Origin: Patescibacteria group bacterium
GTDB lineage: Bacteria; Patescibacteriota; Patescibacteriia; XYB2-FULL-38-15
NCBI GenBank assembly: GCA_041650995.1
Contig: JBAZJZ010000001.1
Span: forward strand, 491,302 to 555,301
DNA: 64,000 nt
Direction of reading: 5' to 3'
Shown here: piece by piece, positions 45,912 to 56,302 of the stretch
How the letters are laid out: each line of letters begins with the position of its first letter
How positions within the stretch are numbered: the first letter of the stretch is position 1
Made by a program: the position numbers and the translations under genes
Notes under the pieces: generated by a model
The model's database searches: none
Told to the model about the DNA's origin: nothing
What the model saw: the letters and a program-made list of their open reading frames with translations, nothing else

Positions 45912-46480
45912 ACAGTAACTTTATCTTGCGACGGCGCGTCGGTTGATAAATTTAAAATTTTATCTAAAATTTCGCTCTTTGATAATTTATCATAATCAGG
46001 CAATTCACTTTGTTTAGTAATTCCGAGATAACGCATGAAGTCGAAAGTAATATTGAAAAGTGGCTCTCCGCCTTTGTCGGAATTTTTTGATTCCGCCAAC
46101 CCCTTTATCATGAGGTTTCGTAAAATTAAACTGCAATTAACTCCGCGTATTTGTTCAAGATCGGATTTCGCGATTGGTCCACGATAAGCAATAATTGTTA
46201 ACGTCTCAAGCGCCGGACGAGTCAATTCCCCAGTCATTTCATCTTTTAAAAAATCTTTTACCATTTTTGAAGAATCCCCACGGGTGGCCATTTGATATTC
46301 ACCATCAATTTCCATGATTTGCACTCCTCTTTTATTATTTTCGCAATCGTCCGCCAAATCTGCTAATAATTTTTTAACCTCTTCTTTTTCCCCACCGACC
46401 TGCTCACATATTTTTTTCAAACTTAGGGGCCGACTCGCCACAAAAAGCAAACTTTCTATTTTTGATTTCAAATTAGCCAT
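45908..46480 (-). CDS. scpB: Segregation and condensation protein B
   Basis: IESLLF, ALETLTIIAYRGP, IRGVN. Confidence 0.95.
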   Translation of the reverse strand: MANLKSKIESLLFVASRPLSLKKICEQVGGEKEEVKKLLADLADDCENNKRGVQIMEIDGEYQMATRGDSSKMVKDFLKDEMTGELTRPALETLTIIAYRGPIAKSDLEQIRGVNCSLILRNLMIKGLAESKNSDKGGEPLFNITFDFMRYLGITKQSELPDYDKLSKSEILDKILNLSTDAPSQDKVTV

Positions 46481-46487
46481 AAATAAA

Positions 46488-47198
46488 TTATATTTTTATA
46501 CTATCTCCTTTTTTAATATTAATTTCACCAAACATTTCCTCTTGTCGAACAACAATGTGTCTATGCTTTAAAAGTTCCAGTACGGCTAAAAAATGAACAA
46601 TGATTTCTACCTTATCTTTTGCTTTAGAAATTATGGTATGAAATCTAACTTCAAGATTTTTTTGGATTAGATCTCTGATGTGCTGTATTTTCTCTTGGAT
46701 AGAAATAGCGCTTTTAACTACGCCGCGCGGCAAACGAACAATCGGTTCAAGGTCTTCTATAATTTCGCGCATCACTAAGATTAATTTTTCTTTCGTAAGC
46801 CAGGCCGGTGGATTAAATAATATATCCCCCGCTCCAAGCGACGGCCGCTCACGGACAAAAGCAAAATGTTTTTTTAAAATCATTTTATGAATTACAAGCG
46901 ATGCGTCGCGGTATTCTTTATAAATTTTAAGTTGTGCGGCCAAATCTGACCCATCACCTCCTTCAGGTTCGAGCGAAGGAAAAAGAGCTTTTGATTTTAT
47001 CCAAAGAAGTTTTGCAGCCACCACCAAAAAATCTGCCATCTCTGCCGGATTAAGATTATCCATCCGCTCAATATATTCAACAAATTGATCGGCAATATAA
47101 GCGAGAGAAATATCCGTGATATTCATCTCCTCTTTCTCGATCATCTGTAGAAGAAGGTCGAACGGACCTTCAAATTTTTCTATTTTTACCTTATACAT
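46488..47198 (-). CDS. scpA: Segregation and condensation protein A
   Basis: FEGPFDLLL, FLAVLEL. Confidence 0.95.
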   Translation of the reverse strand: MYKVKIEKFEGPFDLLLQMIEKEEMNITDISLAYIADQFVEYIERMDNLNPAEMADFLVVAAKLLWIKSKALFPSLEPEGGDGSDLAAQLKIYKEYRDASLVIHKMILKKHFAFVRERPSLGAGDILFNPPAWLTKEKLILVMREIIEDLEPIVRLPRGVVKSAISIQEKIQHIRDLIQKNLEVRFHTIISKAKDKVEIIVHFLAVLELLKHRHIVVRQEEMFGEINIKKGDSIKI

Positions 47199-47216
47199 TT
47201 TTTAATAAACTCCTTC

Positions 47217-47684
47217 TTATTTTTTCTTCCCAAAAACTCCCATAATTCCACTTGTTGCTTTAAGAAAATTTTTTGCTGTCATTGCAACTGATTCTTCAAA
47301 TGTTCCCGCTCCTGCAATGATCTGTTTTGCCCTAAGAATAGTTTTATCTATATAAACCGGAACTTTATAAATTTGGCCAAAGGGCGTTACGGCGCCAGGC
47401 TTAATTTTAAATACTTTTTTCATTATTCCTTCTCTGGTAATCTCGATTTTTTTCGCTTTAACTATTTTTTTTAACTTTCCTAGATCTAACTTATGCGAAG
47501 CCGGCAAAACCGCCAAAAGATAAATTTTATCCGCCTTTATCACCAAAGTTTTAGCAATTTCACCAAGCTTCACGCCAAGCGTCTGGGCCGCGTCATAAGC
47601 CGTATAAACAGTTTTGTGTCTAACTATTTTATACTTAATTTTAGCTTTGTCAAGATAACTCAAGAGTTTTTTTGGTATGGCCAT
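47217..47684 (-). CDS. YbaK/EbsC aminoacyl-tRNA deacylase family protein
   Basis: TAYDAA, IAKTL, GAVTPFG. Confidence 0.85.
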   Translation of the reverse strand: MAIPKKLLSYLDKAKIKYKIVRHKTVYTAYDAAQTLGVKLGEIAKTLVIKADKIYLLAVLPASHKLDLGKLKKIVKAKKIEITREGIMKKVFKIKPGAVTPFGQIYKVPVYIDKTILRAKQIIAGAGTFEESVAMTAKNFLKATSGIMGVFGKKK

Positions 47685-47688
47685 ATTT

Positions 47689-49110
47689 TTACTTTTTTTT
47701 ATTTTTTCTTAAACGTGAAATCTGCCAAACCATAACTCCAATCATCGCGGCCGTAAAAATAATCCAAACAACACTAATCGCCGCCGCCATACTTGAATCA
47801 TAAATTGTCCCCGTCCAATAATCAGCTCTATACGCCGACCATCCTAAAAAGAGAAGCGCGCCCAAAGAAACTGTAGTCAAAAGGGCTAAACTCTGAAGAA
47901 TCCAGGCGACAATTTTGACGACCTTATGTTTAGAAAAAAACTGCAGCAAGGCGCAAAGAATAAAAACCAAACCAACGGGCGAGAGCACCCCTATCACAAC
48001 AGAAATACTAAGAATTATTAAGAAAAGTAAAATGCCTGTCAAAACATTTTCCCAATCTGCTTCTGGTACTCCGATTTCATCGTTGTCATCCGCGTCACGA
48101 AAATACAAATCGTAAGTCATTTCTGACGGCTGCATATAACGCGATAATTTTGTCAGATAATATTTTCCCTCTTCTGGCTGGATCCAATAATCACCATTTG
48201 ATTCAACTGCCAATTTTTCGATATCTTTTGATTTGATCCAACTGGCATAATTCGTAGTAAATCCAGGCAAATCTTTTTTATGGTCAGAAAAAACGTAAAG
48301 AAGAATATTCACGCCCGGCTGCCGTGGATAGTAGTAATCCGTAACCGGATAAGCTTCAACTGTGGCAGTATTCGCACCGACCGCAACACCCGCGCTCGCA
48401 CTTCCGGCCTCGCCACTTTCCATCATGAGCGGAGTTGGTTCGGGATTAGGATATTTAAAATATTCAGCAATGCCGGAAATTTTTAAAGGAAAAACAATTT
48501 TTGAAGAAGCAAAAATAAACTTAAGCGGCACGGCATGGCCCTGTCTCAATTGCGCTTCAACTCCCCCGCTTATTGATTCAGTATCAAGTTTAATCGCGGT
48601 AAAATACCATTTATTATTAATGTAATCATCAAACAAATATTTCCCCTCTTCTGGAAATTGGTAATTATTATCTTTAAGCCATTTTGTTAAGGCCTCGGGA
48701 TCATCAGCTTCAAGAACAGTGATGTCATAATACTCCACCTTTTTTGTTTCAAGAACCACTACGCCACCTTCAGCTGTTGCCGCGTCCCGCGCCGCGCCAC
48801 TATACATCGGCGTAACCCGATAACTATATTCTGGAGCCGTTAATTTGTCCAAGGCGGTAAAAAGTTCATCAGTAGATTTAGAAACTTCGGGACGGGAAGG
48901 CGTGGGAACAATCCAGCTAAAATTTTCCGCGTCTCCTCGGAAAGTTACGGAAAGAATCATTGTTTCCGTGTTTTCATTGTGAAAAATCACGGCTTTTTGA
49001 TCTGTTTCTTGAATCCAATAATCTGGCGGCGGAAAAATAGCGCCGTCGGCGGAGACAGCTGTCGGCATTACAAGAAGGATGAGGCTGATCGCGAGAATGA
49101 TTTTTTTCAT
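47689..49110 (-). CDS. DUF2330-like secreted protein with C-terminal TM helices
   Basis: Signal peptide ADG, QKAVI, WIVPTP, WLKDNNY, F.AIK, PLKIS. Confidence 0.7.
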   Translation of the reverse strand: MKKIILAISLILLVMPTAVSADGAIFPPPDYWIQETDQKAVIFHNENTETMILSVTFRGDAENFSWIVPTPSRPEVSKSTDELFTALDKLTAPEYSYRVTPMYSGAARDAATAEGGVVVLETKKVEYYDITVLEADDPEALTKWLKDNNYQFPEEGKYLFDDYINNKWYFTAIKLDTESISGGVEAQLRQGHAVPLKFIFASSKIVFPLKISGIAEYFKYPNPEPTPLMMESGEAGSASAGVAVGANTATVEAYPVTDYYYPRQPGVNILLYVFSDHKKDLPGFTTNYASWIKSKDIEKLAVESNGDYWIQPEEGKYYLTKLSRYMQPSEMTYDLYFRDADDNDEIGVPEADWENVLTGILLFLIILSISVVIGVLSPVGLVFILCALLQFFSKHKVVKIVAWILQSLALLTTVSLGALLFLGWSAYRADYWTGTIYDSSMAAAISVVWIIFTAAMIGVMVWQISRLRKNKKK

Positions 49111-49137
49111 AAATTAATAAAATAAAATCGTTAATTA

Positions 49138-51501
49138 TTATTTACTAAGGATTAATTGTTTTCCCATTGCCGCCCTTAACACATCATCCACGTCTTTGGC
49201 AAAAATAAATTTTAAATCTTTTCTAACATTATTTGGAAGCTCTTCCAAATCTTTTTCATTATCTTTTGGCAAAACTATCGTTTTGATGTCAGCCCGATGC
49301 GCAGCCAAAACTTTTTCCTTAACGCCGCCGATTTCCATAGCTCTGCCGCGGAGAGTCACTTCGCCGGTCATGCCAACATCTTTTTTAATAGGTCTTCCGG
49401 TCAGAACTGAAATAATTGCCGTAGCCATAGCCACGCCGGCCGAGGGACCGTCTTTCGGAATAGCCCCTGCAGGAACATGGATATGGATATCCGAATCTTT
49501 ATAAAATTTATCTTTGATCCCGAAAACCTTAGCGCGTGAGCGAGCATAAGAATAAGCCGCTTGGGCCGACTCCTGCATCACTTTGCCCAATTGGCCGGTC
49601 AAAATTAACTGCCCCTTGCCCGGCATTTTAGTCGCTTCAATCAAAAGTATTTCTCCGCCAGCCTGTGTCCAGGCAAGCCCGGTTGCCACGCCAACTTCAT
49701 CCTTTTTCTCGGCCATAGTCGTGTGATATTTGGCTGGCCCCAAGAATTGATGGAGATCGGAAATACCGACCTTATAATTTTTATGATCACCCTCGGCAAT
49801 TTTTCGCGCCACCTTTCGGCAAACGGCGGCAATATTTCTTTCAAGTTCACGAACGCCAGCTTCCCGCGTATATTCTCTGATAATCGTCTTTAAAGCTGGT
49901 TCGGTAATTATCAATCTGCTACCGTTCTCGAGCCCATTTTCTTTTAATTGTTTTGGGAGTAAAAATTTTTCCGCGATATGAAATTTTTCTTCCTCAATAT
50001 ATCCAGGAAATTCAATCATCTCCATGCGGTCGCGGAGCGCCGGCGGGATTGTGTCTAAAATATTAGCCGTGGTAATAAACATCACATCCGATAAATCAAA
50101 GGGAACTTCAAGATAATGATCAGAAAAAGAATAATTTTGTTCCGGATCAAGCGCTTCTAATAATGCCGCTGATGGATCGCCGCGAAAGTCCGCGCCAACT
50201 TTATCAATTTCATCAAGCATAAAAACCGGATTTTTTGTACCAGCCGTATTTATCCCCTGGATAATCCTTCCGGGCAGAGCGCCAACATAAGTTCGGCGAT
50301 GGCCGCGAATTTCAGCTTCATCGCGAATACCGCCGAGCGACATTCTAAAAAATTTTCTGCCAAGAGCTTTGGCGATAGCTTTACCGATTGAAGTTTTGCC
50401 TGTCCCCGGCGGACCGGAAAAACAAAGAATCGGGCCTTTTATTTTTCCCACTAATTTTTGCACTGCTAAATACTCAAGCACTCTTTCTTTAACTTTGTCT
50501 AAACCATAATGGTCGTCATCCAAAATATTTTTAGCTTTTTTAATATCAACTTTACTTTCGGTTTTTCTTGACCACGGTAACATAGCCAACCAATCCAAAT
50601 AAGTTCTGATGTAAGAAATTTCCGGACTAAAGGAAGGCATTTTTTCAAGACGAGCCAACTCTTTTAAGGCTTGCTCTTTTGCCTCGGAAGGCATTCCCGC
50701 CTTTTCTATTTTTGCTTTTAACTCCTCAACTTCTGTTCGGCCGCCGGCCATCCCCAATTCCTTTTCAATCGTTTTCATCTGTTCACGCAAAAACATTTCT
50801 TTTTCCATTTTTCCCAATTCCTTTCCGGTTTCCGCCTGAATTTTTTGGGCCATGCGCAAAACTTTCAATTGCCGACCGATAGATTCCCCTAATTTTCCTA
50901 ACTTCCCCTCAATGTTATCGGCCTCAAGAATTTCCTGCTTCTCTTCCACTTTAAAATCCAAATTTATGGTCATCAAATCCGCTAACTCCCAAGGATCGGT
51001 AATATTTAAAATTACTAAAAGTACATCAAACGGAACTGTCGCGCCGAGAGAAATACATTCCTTAAATTGATTAATCAGGCTATACATCAAGGCTTCAATC
51101 CGTTCGGTTTTTTTAACCATTGGTTCCGGCGCCGGTTCAACTTTAACTCTAACAAACGGATCAAATGATAAAAATTCCGTAATTTTTGCACGCATCATTC
51201 CTTCAACCACGATTCGGACAGAACCATCGGGCTGTTTTGTAATTTCCCTTATTTTAGCAAGCGTGCCGATGGAATAAAGATCGTCTTGGGTGATTTTGTC
51301 TCCCACGTCTCTTTTTTCCGCGACACAAACCGCTATTTGATCATGCTGCATGGCGTAGTCCAACGCCTTCATGGTCTTTTCCTTTTTAACTATCAAGGTC
51401 AATGCAACTCTCGGAAAAACAACAACGTCAACCAGCGGGATGACTGCTAATTCCTTTTTTGCCTTACTATCCATCGTGCCTGAAAATTTTTCTGCCTCCA
51501 T
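49138..51501 (-). CDS. lon: ATP-dependent protease La (Lon)
   Basis: DHYGL, GPPGTGKTS, PKDGPSAG. Confidence 0.98.
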   Translation of the reverse strand: MEAEKFSGTMDSKAKKELAVIPLVDVVVFPRVALTLIVKKEKTMKALDYAMQHDQIAVCVAEKRDVGDKITQDDLYSIGTLAKIREITKQPDGSVRIVVEGMMRAKITEFLSFDPFVRVKVEPAPEPMVKKTERIEALMYSLINQFKECISLGATVPFDVLLVILNITDPWELADLMTINLDFKVEEKQEILEADNIEGKLGKLGESIGRQLKVLRMAQKIQAETGKELGKMEKEMFLREQMKTIEKELGMAGGRTEVEELKAKIEKAGMPSEAKEQALKELARLEKMPSFSPEISYIRTYLDWLAMLPWSRKTESKVDIKKAKNILDDDHYGLDKVKERVLEYLAVQKLVGKIKGPILCFSGPPGTGKTSIGKAIAKALGRKFFRMSLGGIRDEAEIRGHRRTYVGALPGRIIQGINTAGTKNPVFMLDEIDKVGADFRGDPSAALLEALDPEQNYSFSDHYLEVPFDLSDVMFITTANILDTIPPALRDRMEMIEFPGYIEEEKFHIAEKFLLPKQLKENGLENGSRLIITEPALKTIIREYTREAGVRELERNIAAVCRKVARKIAEGDHKNYKVGISDLHQFLGPAKYHTTMAEKKDEVGVATGLAWTQAGGEILLIEATKMPGKGQLILTGQLGKVMQESAQAAYSYARSRAKVFGIKDKFYKDSDIHIHVPAGAIPKDGPSAGVAMATAIISVLTGRPIKKDVGMTGEVTLRGRAMEIGGVKEKVLAAHRADIKTIVLPKDNEKDLEELPNNVRKDLKFIFAKDVDDVLRAAMGKQLILSK

Positions 51502-51536
51502 AGTATAAATATTCTTTAATATTTAATACGAAATTT

Positions 51537-51833
51537 TTATTTAAATGGTAACACCGCTTGTTTACCCCGCAGACTTCTCGCCGCCTTTCTTCCGGCCGCT
51601 GTTAATTTTATTTCTTTAATAAACCACTTTTTAGGCGTCCGGACTCCGTAGCCAATAAGAAAACCCTTGTCAATTAATCTTTCCAGGGATTTTGTGACAA
51701 TATTTACTCTATCATCCAGCTTGGGCGGCCGTTTTTGTTTGTCGTAAAACCTTAAAATTTTTCCACGGCCAAATTTGTCTTTTTCCGCGTAACCCAAGCC
51801 CAAAACATACCTTTGGAGATGGGATATTTTCAT
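51537..51833 (-). CDS. Small basic hypothetical protein (possible winged helix)
   Basis: TKSLERLIDKGFL...LTAAGR; TTTACA-17-TATCAT promoter 6 nt before ATG 51833. Confidence 0.55.
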   Translation of the reverse strand: MKISHLQRYVLGLGYAEKDKFGRGKILRFYDKQKRPPKLDDRVNIVTKSLERLIDKGFLIGYGVRTPKKWFIKEIKLTAAGRKAARSLRGKQAVLPFK

Positions 51834-51912
51834 ATATTTATGATAGCAAAAAAATGGCTTAATGTAAAATAAAAAAACGGCCATTTTGGCTGCTGATTTT
51901 ACGCTTAACTTA

Positions 51913-52326
51913 CTATTCAATTTTACTTAAATCTCCCTCTAAAACAATCGGCTGCATGGCGATGATTTCATCTTTATAGCCCATTTCTGGAATTGGATTT
52001 AAAAGAAAAATTTCTTTATTCAAAACATGAGCAAAACCCATTTCAAGTAATGAATTTCCGCCAATATAATTTGGAATACCATGACGTTCATTATTCAAAA
52101 CCAAAATTGCATCACCACCCTTTATTTCATCAAAATAATAACGGATAAGCCCATGCTTTATTTTGTTGGCAGCTGATTCGCGATGCACTATTTCAGATGT
52201 CCCCATATCAGCATAATCGTATGTAAATTTTGGCAGGATAACTTCGTGACCATACTTCCGTAATTCTTTTTCCGCCGCCACCATTTCCTTGGCGAAAGTC
52301 ATACTGCCGCAAATAACGATTTTCAT
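51913..52326 (-). CDS. Hypothetical protein (nucleoside deoxyribosyltransferase-like fold suspected)
   Basis: MKIVICGSM, DAILVLN, YIG...LEMGFA. Confidence 0.6.
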   Translation of the reverse strand: MKIVICGSMTFAKEMVAAEKELRKYGHEVILPKFTYDYADMGTSEIVHRESAANKIKHGLIRYYFDEIKGGDAILVLNNERHGIPNYIGGNSLLEMGFAHVLNKEIFLLNPIPEMGYKDEIIAMQPIVLEGDLSKIE

Positions 52327-52327
52327 A

Positions 52328-53719
52328 TTATTTTTCCACAATTTTAATGTGCGCTTCTTTCAATTGCTGCTCCGGCAAATCCGACGGGGCCCCCATCATT
52401 AAATCGCGGGCATCGGAAGTTTTTGGGAAAGCCATCACTTCACGAATATTTGGTTCGCCGGCAAAAATCATCGCCAACCGATCAAGCCCCGGAGCAATAC
52501 CGCCATGTGGCGGCGCGCCATAAGTAAAGGCTTCAAAGATATGGCCAAAACGCGCTTCGGCGTCATCTTTACCAACGCCAAGCAATCGGAAAATTTTTGA
52601 CTGCAACGTTCGGTCATGAATTCTGATACTTCCTCCTCCAACTTCATAACCATTTAAAACCAAATCATAAGCATAAGCGCGAACATCAAGCGGATGTTCC
52701 TCTAAATCATCCATATCTTCCTTGTGCGGCATAGTAAATGGATGGTGGGAAGAAACCAATTTTTTTTCCGACTCAGACCATTCAAAAAGTGGAAAATCAA
52801 TCACCCAACAAAAAGCTAATTCATTAGAATTTTTTTTATCTTCACGCAAATCCGGCTTGTCGGTTTTATATTTTTTCATTGCCTCGTCATAAGTCAAAAC
52901 TGGAAAAGGCATCTTTTTAATTTTTTTATCCGGCACCACGGTTTTTGCCAAATGGATCATCAATTCTTCGGTTAATTTCATCACGTCCTCCTGTTCCGCA
53001 AAAGACATTTCCATATCAAGCTGAGTAAATTCCGGCTGGCGGTCGCCGCGCTGATCTTCATCGCGAAAACATCTGGCAATTTGAAAATATTTTTCAAAAC
53101 CAGCGACCATCAATAACTGTTTAAATTGCTGTGGTGATTGTGGCAGAACATAAAATTTTCCGGCATGTAAGCGCGCCGGCACAATATATTCACGCGCGCC
53201 CTCTGGCGTGCCTTTGGTAATGTAGGGCGTTTCTATTTCTGCGAAATTACGCTCGTGCAAAAATTTTCTTATTTCATCAAGCATTTTGCTCCGCAATAAA
53301 ATATTTGTTTTCATCCGCTCGCTTCGTAAATCAAGATATCTATATTTCATACGTAATTCTTCGCTGACGGGTGTTGTATCTTTATCAATTTCAAAAGGCA
53401 GCGTTTTTGATTCATTTAAAATCTCCAAATTTTTTGCTTCAAGTTCTACTGTGCCAGTTAACATTTTTGGGTTGATCATTTTCTCCGGACGTTTATTCAC
53501 TTTCCCGGTAATGGCTACAACAAATTCTGACCGCAACTTGTCGGCTAACGTCATAAATTCTTTATCTTTGGAAGCAAAAACTATCTGAATTAAACCACTC
53601 GTATCACGAAGATCAATAAAAATAATTTTGCCCATATCTCGCCGGACATGAACCCAACCCTTAAGAATAACTTCTTCGCCAATTTTTGAAACTGTGTCTT
53701 TTATAAGCGTGCGAGTCAT
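52328..53719 (-). CDS. aspS: Aspartate-tRNA ligase (short form without GAD domain)
   Basis: GWV..RRD, YRYLDLR, LPQSPQ, FRDED, PPHGGIAPGLDR. Confidence 0.96.
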   Translation of the reverse strand: MTRTLIKDTVSKIGEEVILKGWVHVRRDMGKIIFIDLRDTSGLIQIVFASKDKEFMTLADKLRSEFVVAITGKVNKRPEKMINPKMLTGTVELEAKNLEILNESKTLPFEIDKDTTPVSEELRMKYRYLDLRSERMKTNILLRSKMLDEIRKFLHERNFAEIETPYITKGTPEGAREYIVPARLHAGKFYVLPQSPQQFKQLLMVAGFEKYFQIARCFRDEDQRGDRQPEFTQLDMEMSFAEQEDVMKLTEELMIHLAKTVVPDKKIKKMPFPVLTYDEAMKKYKTDKPDLREDKKNSNELAFCWVIDFPLFEWSESEKKLVSSHHPFTMPHKEDMDDLEEHPLDVRAYAYDLVLNGYEVGGGSIRIHDRTLQSKIFRLLGVGKDDAEARFGHIFEAFTYGAPPHGGIAPGLDRLAMIFAGEPNIREVMAFPKTSDARDLMMGAPSDLPEQQLKEAHIKIVEK

Positions 53720-53728
53720 AAATAATTT

Positions 53729-55021
53729 TTATGGTCTTAATCTATTAATCATTCTTGGAAAAGGGATCGTTTCGCGAACATGATGAATGCCGCACATCCA
53801 GCCGGTGATGCGCTCCAACCCGTAACCAAAGCCTGAGTGAGGAACCGAGCCGTATTTTCTTAAATCTAAATACCATTGAAAATCTTCAAGCAGCATTTTT
53901 TCTTCTTTCATTCGCGCAAGCAATAAATCATAATTGTCTTCACGCTCCGAGCCACCGATGATTTCTCCGTGGCCTTCCGGCGCGATTAAATCTGAACCCA
54001 AAACCAGTTCGGGATTTTTTGGATCGCGTTTCATATAAAAAGCTTTAATTTGCCGTGGCCACTTTTCCACAAAAATCGGTACGTCGGAATCTTGAGTCAG
54101 CAAAGTTTCATCGTCAGCACCCAAATCTTCGCCATCTTTAATATCAGACCCTAACGCTTGAACTTTTTTAACCGCTTCATGATAAGTCATTCGCCCAAAG
54201 GGAGCTTGAACTTTTTCTAATTTGGAAATATCTCGTTCCAAAATTTCCAATTCTTTTCTATTTTTTTCTAAAACTTTTTTCACGATATGGCAGATCAATT
54301 CTTCCTGAATTTTCATATTGCCCTCGTGATTAACAAAAGCCGCCTCGGCGTCCATCATCCAAAATTCCGTTAAGTGTCGGCGAGTTTTTGATTTTTCCGC
54401 CCGGAAAGTCGGGCCAAAGTCAAAGCATCGGCCAAAACTCATTGCCGCGGCTTCAAGATAAAGTTGACCTGACTGCGCAAGATAAGCTTTTCCTAAATCA
54501 AAATACGGAACTTCAAAAAGGGTCGTTGTTCCCTCGCAGGCGGTCGGGGTCAAAATCGGCGTGTCAATTTTTATAAAACCATTCTGATTAAAATATTCAT
54601 AAGTCGCGTTGATGACAGTATTTCTAACGCGAAGCGCCGCCCATTGTTTTGATGAGCGAAGCCAGAGGTGTCTTTGATCTAACAAAAAATCCGGGCCATG
54701 TTCTTTTTTTCCAATCGGGTACTCTTCAGCAATTTGAAGTATTTTTAAATTTTTAACTTGAAGTTCATACTCTTCTTTTTTGGGATGTTTACTGACAGTT
54801 CCGGAAATTTCTATCGAACTTTCTATAGTTATTTTTTCGCAAGCTTCCCAGATTTCTGGAGCTACTTCTTTTTTAGAAACAATCGCCTGGACAAAGCCTG
54901 AACCGTCACGAACTTGTAAAAAGAAAATGCTACCCGAGGAACGAAAATTAAAAATCCAGCCGCGAATCGCGACTTCCTGGCCTAAATATTGGCTAATATC
55001 TTTCAATAAAATCGTCTGCAT
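53729..55021 (-). CDS. asnS: Asparagine-tRNA ligase
   Basis: RHLWLR, YLAQSGQLY, FRAEKS.TRRHL, PHSGFG. Confidence 0.96.
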   Translation of the reverse strand: MQTILLKDISQYLGQEVAIRGWIFNFRSSGSIFFLQVRDGSGFVQAIVSKKEVAPEIWEACEKITIESSIEISGTVSKHPKKEEYELQVKNLKILQIAEEYPIGKKEHGPDFLLDQRHLWLRSSKQWAALRVRNTVINATYEYFNQNGFIKIDTPILTPTACEGTTTLFEVPYFDLGKAYLAQSGQLYLEAAAMSFGRCFDFGPTFRAEKSKTRRHLTEFWMMDAEAAFVNHEGNMKIQEELICHIVKKVLEKNRKELEILERDISKLEKVQAPFGRMTYHEAVKKVQALGSDIKDGEDLGADDETLLTQDSDVPIFVEKWPRQIKAFYMKRDPKNPELVLGSDLIAPEGHGEIIGGSEREDNYDLLLARMKEEKMLLEDFQWYLDLRKYGSVPHSGFGYGLERITGWMCGIHHVRETIPFPRMINRLRP

Positions 55022-55104
55022 ATAATTGTTTAATTATAGATTATTTACCCAACAAAATCAAGATAAAAAGACCGACCAGTCGCTGCTGATCGGCGTACAT
55101 ACTC

Positions 55105-55419
55105 TCACTCCCTTCCTTCCGCGACTCGACCATCTTCGCCGCGGTCATTCTGCGCCTTGATGACTGCGAGTTCTTGTTTGAACTCACGCCACCATCGATT
55201 GAACTTGAAACTCGCCTTTGCAACTAAGATAAACCAAACGCCGAGGAAAGTGAGAGGCAGCGCGATGCTTAAGAATACCCACCCGCTCATTCCTCCGGCG
55301 ATGTAATCCCAGTTCACGATGCCGATACACACCCAGACGAGCGCGGCCAGAAAGATTGCTAACCATGACGGAAAAGTCGCGCCGATGTTTAGTTCGGCGT
55401 TCTCTTTCTCGTTTTCCAT
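55105..55419 (-). CDS. Hypothetical 2-TM membrane protein (GC-rich)
   Basis: SD AAGGAGG before ATG 55419; two hydrophobic segments; promoter-like TTGACG-16-TAAAGT upstream. Confidence 0.6.
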   Translation of the reverse strand: MENEKENAELNIGATFPSWLAIFLAALVWVCIGIVNWDYIAGGMSGWVFLSIALPLTFLGVWFILVAKASFKFNRWWREFKQELAVIKAQNDRGEDGRVAEGRE

Positions 55420-55480
55420 CTCGCCCTCCTTCTGCCTCAACTTTATCATAAAACCAAAAAACGTCAATTTATTTTATAAA

Positions 55481-55513
55481 AAAGCCGATCCAGAATATTT
55501 TTCTGAATCGGCG
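55481..55513 (-). terminator. Terminator downstream of the DUF5701-like gene
   Basis: GCCGAT-CAGAA/TTCTG-ATCGGC hairpin with U-tail on the minus strand. Confidence 0.6.
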
Positions 55514-55531
55514 AGAACGTTGGAACTGCTC

Positions 55532-56212
55532 CTATCTGTCAAGGAACAGCCGGCGGCGACAGGAAGGCACACCGCGGTCTTCTCTCCGACTATCCAACTG
55601 GCTAAAGTTCTGTGTCGGACCGCCAGAACTAAGCCAAAGTTCTGGCACGCATTGCCGGCGAATGCCGTTTCCTGACCACGGTTCACTCTGGTAGTCCGCA
55701 TCAATCAACGCGAAGGCGTGATGAATGAGCGATTCCGGTGAGTGGAGAGCGAGAGCGATCGCTTCTTCCATAATGAGGCCGTGCCGGCAAGCGCGTTTGA
55801 TCTCGCCCGTAACTTCGCCCGTAGTCCGGCCCACATTCCCAGCGCCGTCGTCCACGTCGCAAATGAGATGGGGCGATTTCGACTCACCGATTCCCTCGGG
55901 ATTCCACAATTTGTCACACTCGAGACTCGAATAACCGTGCTTCTTTGCCACGACGAGCAGTTCCATTTGCTTCGCGACAGAAAGCATGGCGTGAGGAATC
56001 ACGACAAGAAACGGGGTACGCTCGGGAATCGTCTCGCCGACCGCATGAAGAAGGCCCGTGGGCGAATCGGCGAGCATGGAAAGATAGAGTCGAAGATCTC
56101 TCTCTGCCCACCCGAGCGCCGTATGCCAACCACCTGCGACGAGTCGCTCCACCTGCCGATCAAACACCTGCCGAAGCAGAGTTCCTTCATCCGGACAACT
56201 CATCGGAAGCAT
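55532..56212 (-). CDS. DUF5701-like hypothetical protein (GC-rich)
   Basis: FDRQV, PFLVVIP, DVDDG, GL..EE.IAL, VP.LWLS.G.P; SD AAGGAG. Confidence 0.65.
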   Translation of the reverse strand: MLPMSCPDEGTLLRQVFDRQVERLVAGGWHTALGWAERDLRLYLSMLADSPTGLLHAVGETIPERTPFLVVIPHAMLSVAKQMELLVVAKKHGYSSLECDKLWNPEGIGESKSPHLICDVDDGAGNVGRTTGEVTGEIKRACRHGLIMEEAIALALHSPESLIHHAFALIDADYQSEPWSGNGIRRQCVPELWLSSGGPTQNFSQLDSRREDRGVPSCRRRLFLDR

Positions 56213-56241
56213 TTACTCCTTCCTCCCAATTCCTTGGGTAC

Positions 56242-56273
56242 AAAAAAACGGCGGAGGATTCCTCCTCCGCCGC
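56242..56273 (-). terminator. Terminator after recO
   Basis: CGGCGGAGGA/TCCTCCGCCG stem with a U-tail on the minus strand. Confidence 0.7.
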
Positions 56274-56302
56274 CCCCTTTCAACGTTCTGAAATTGAGTT
56301 TA

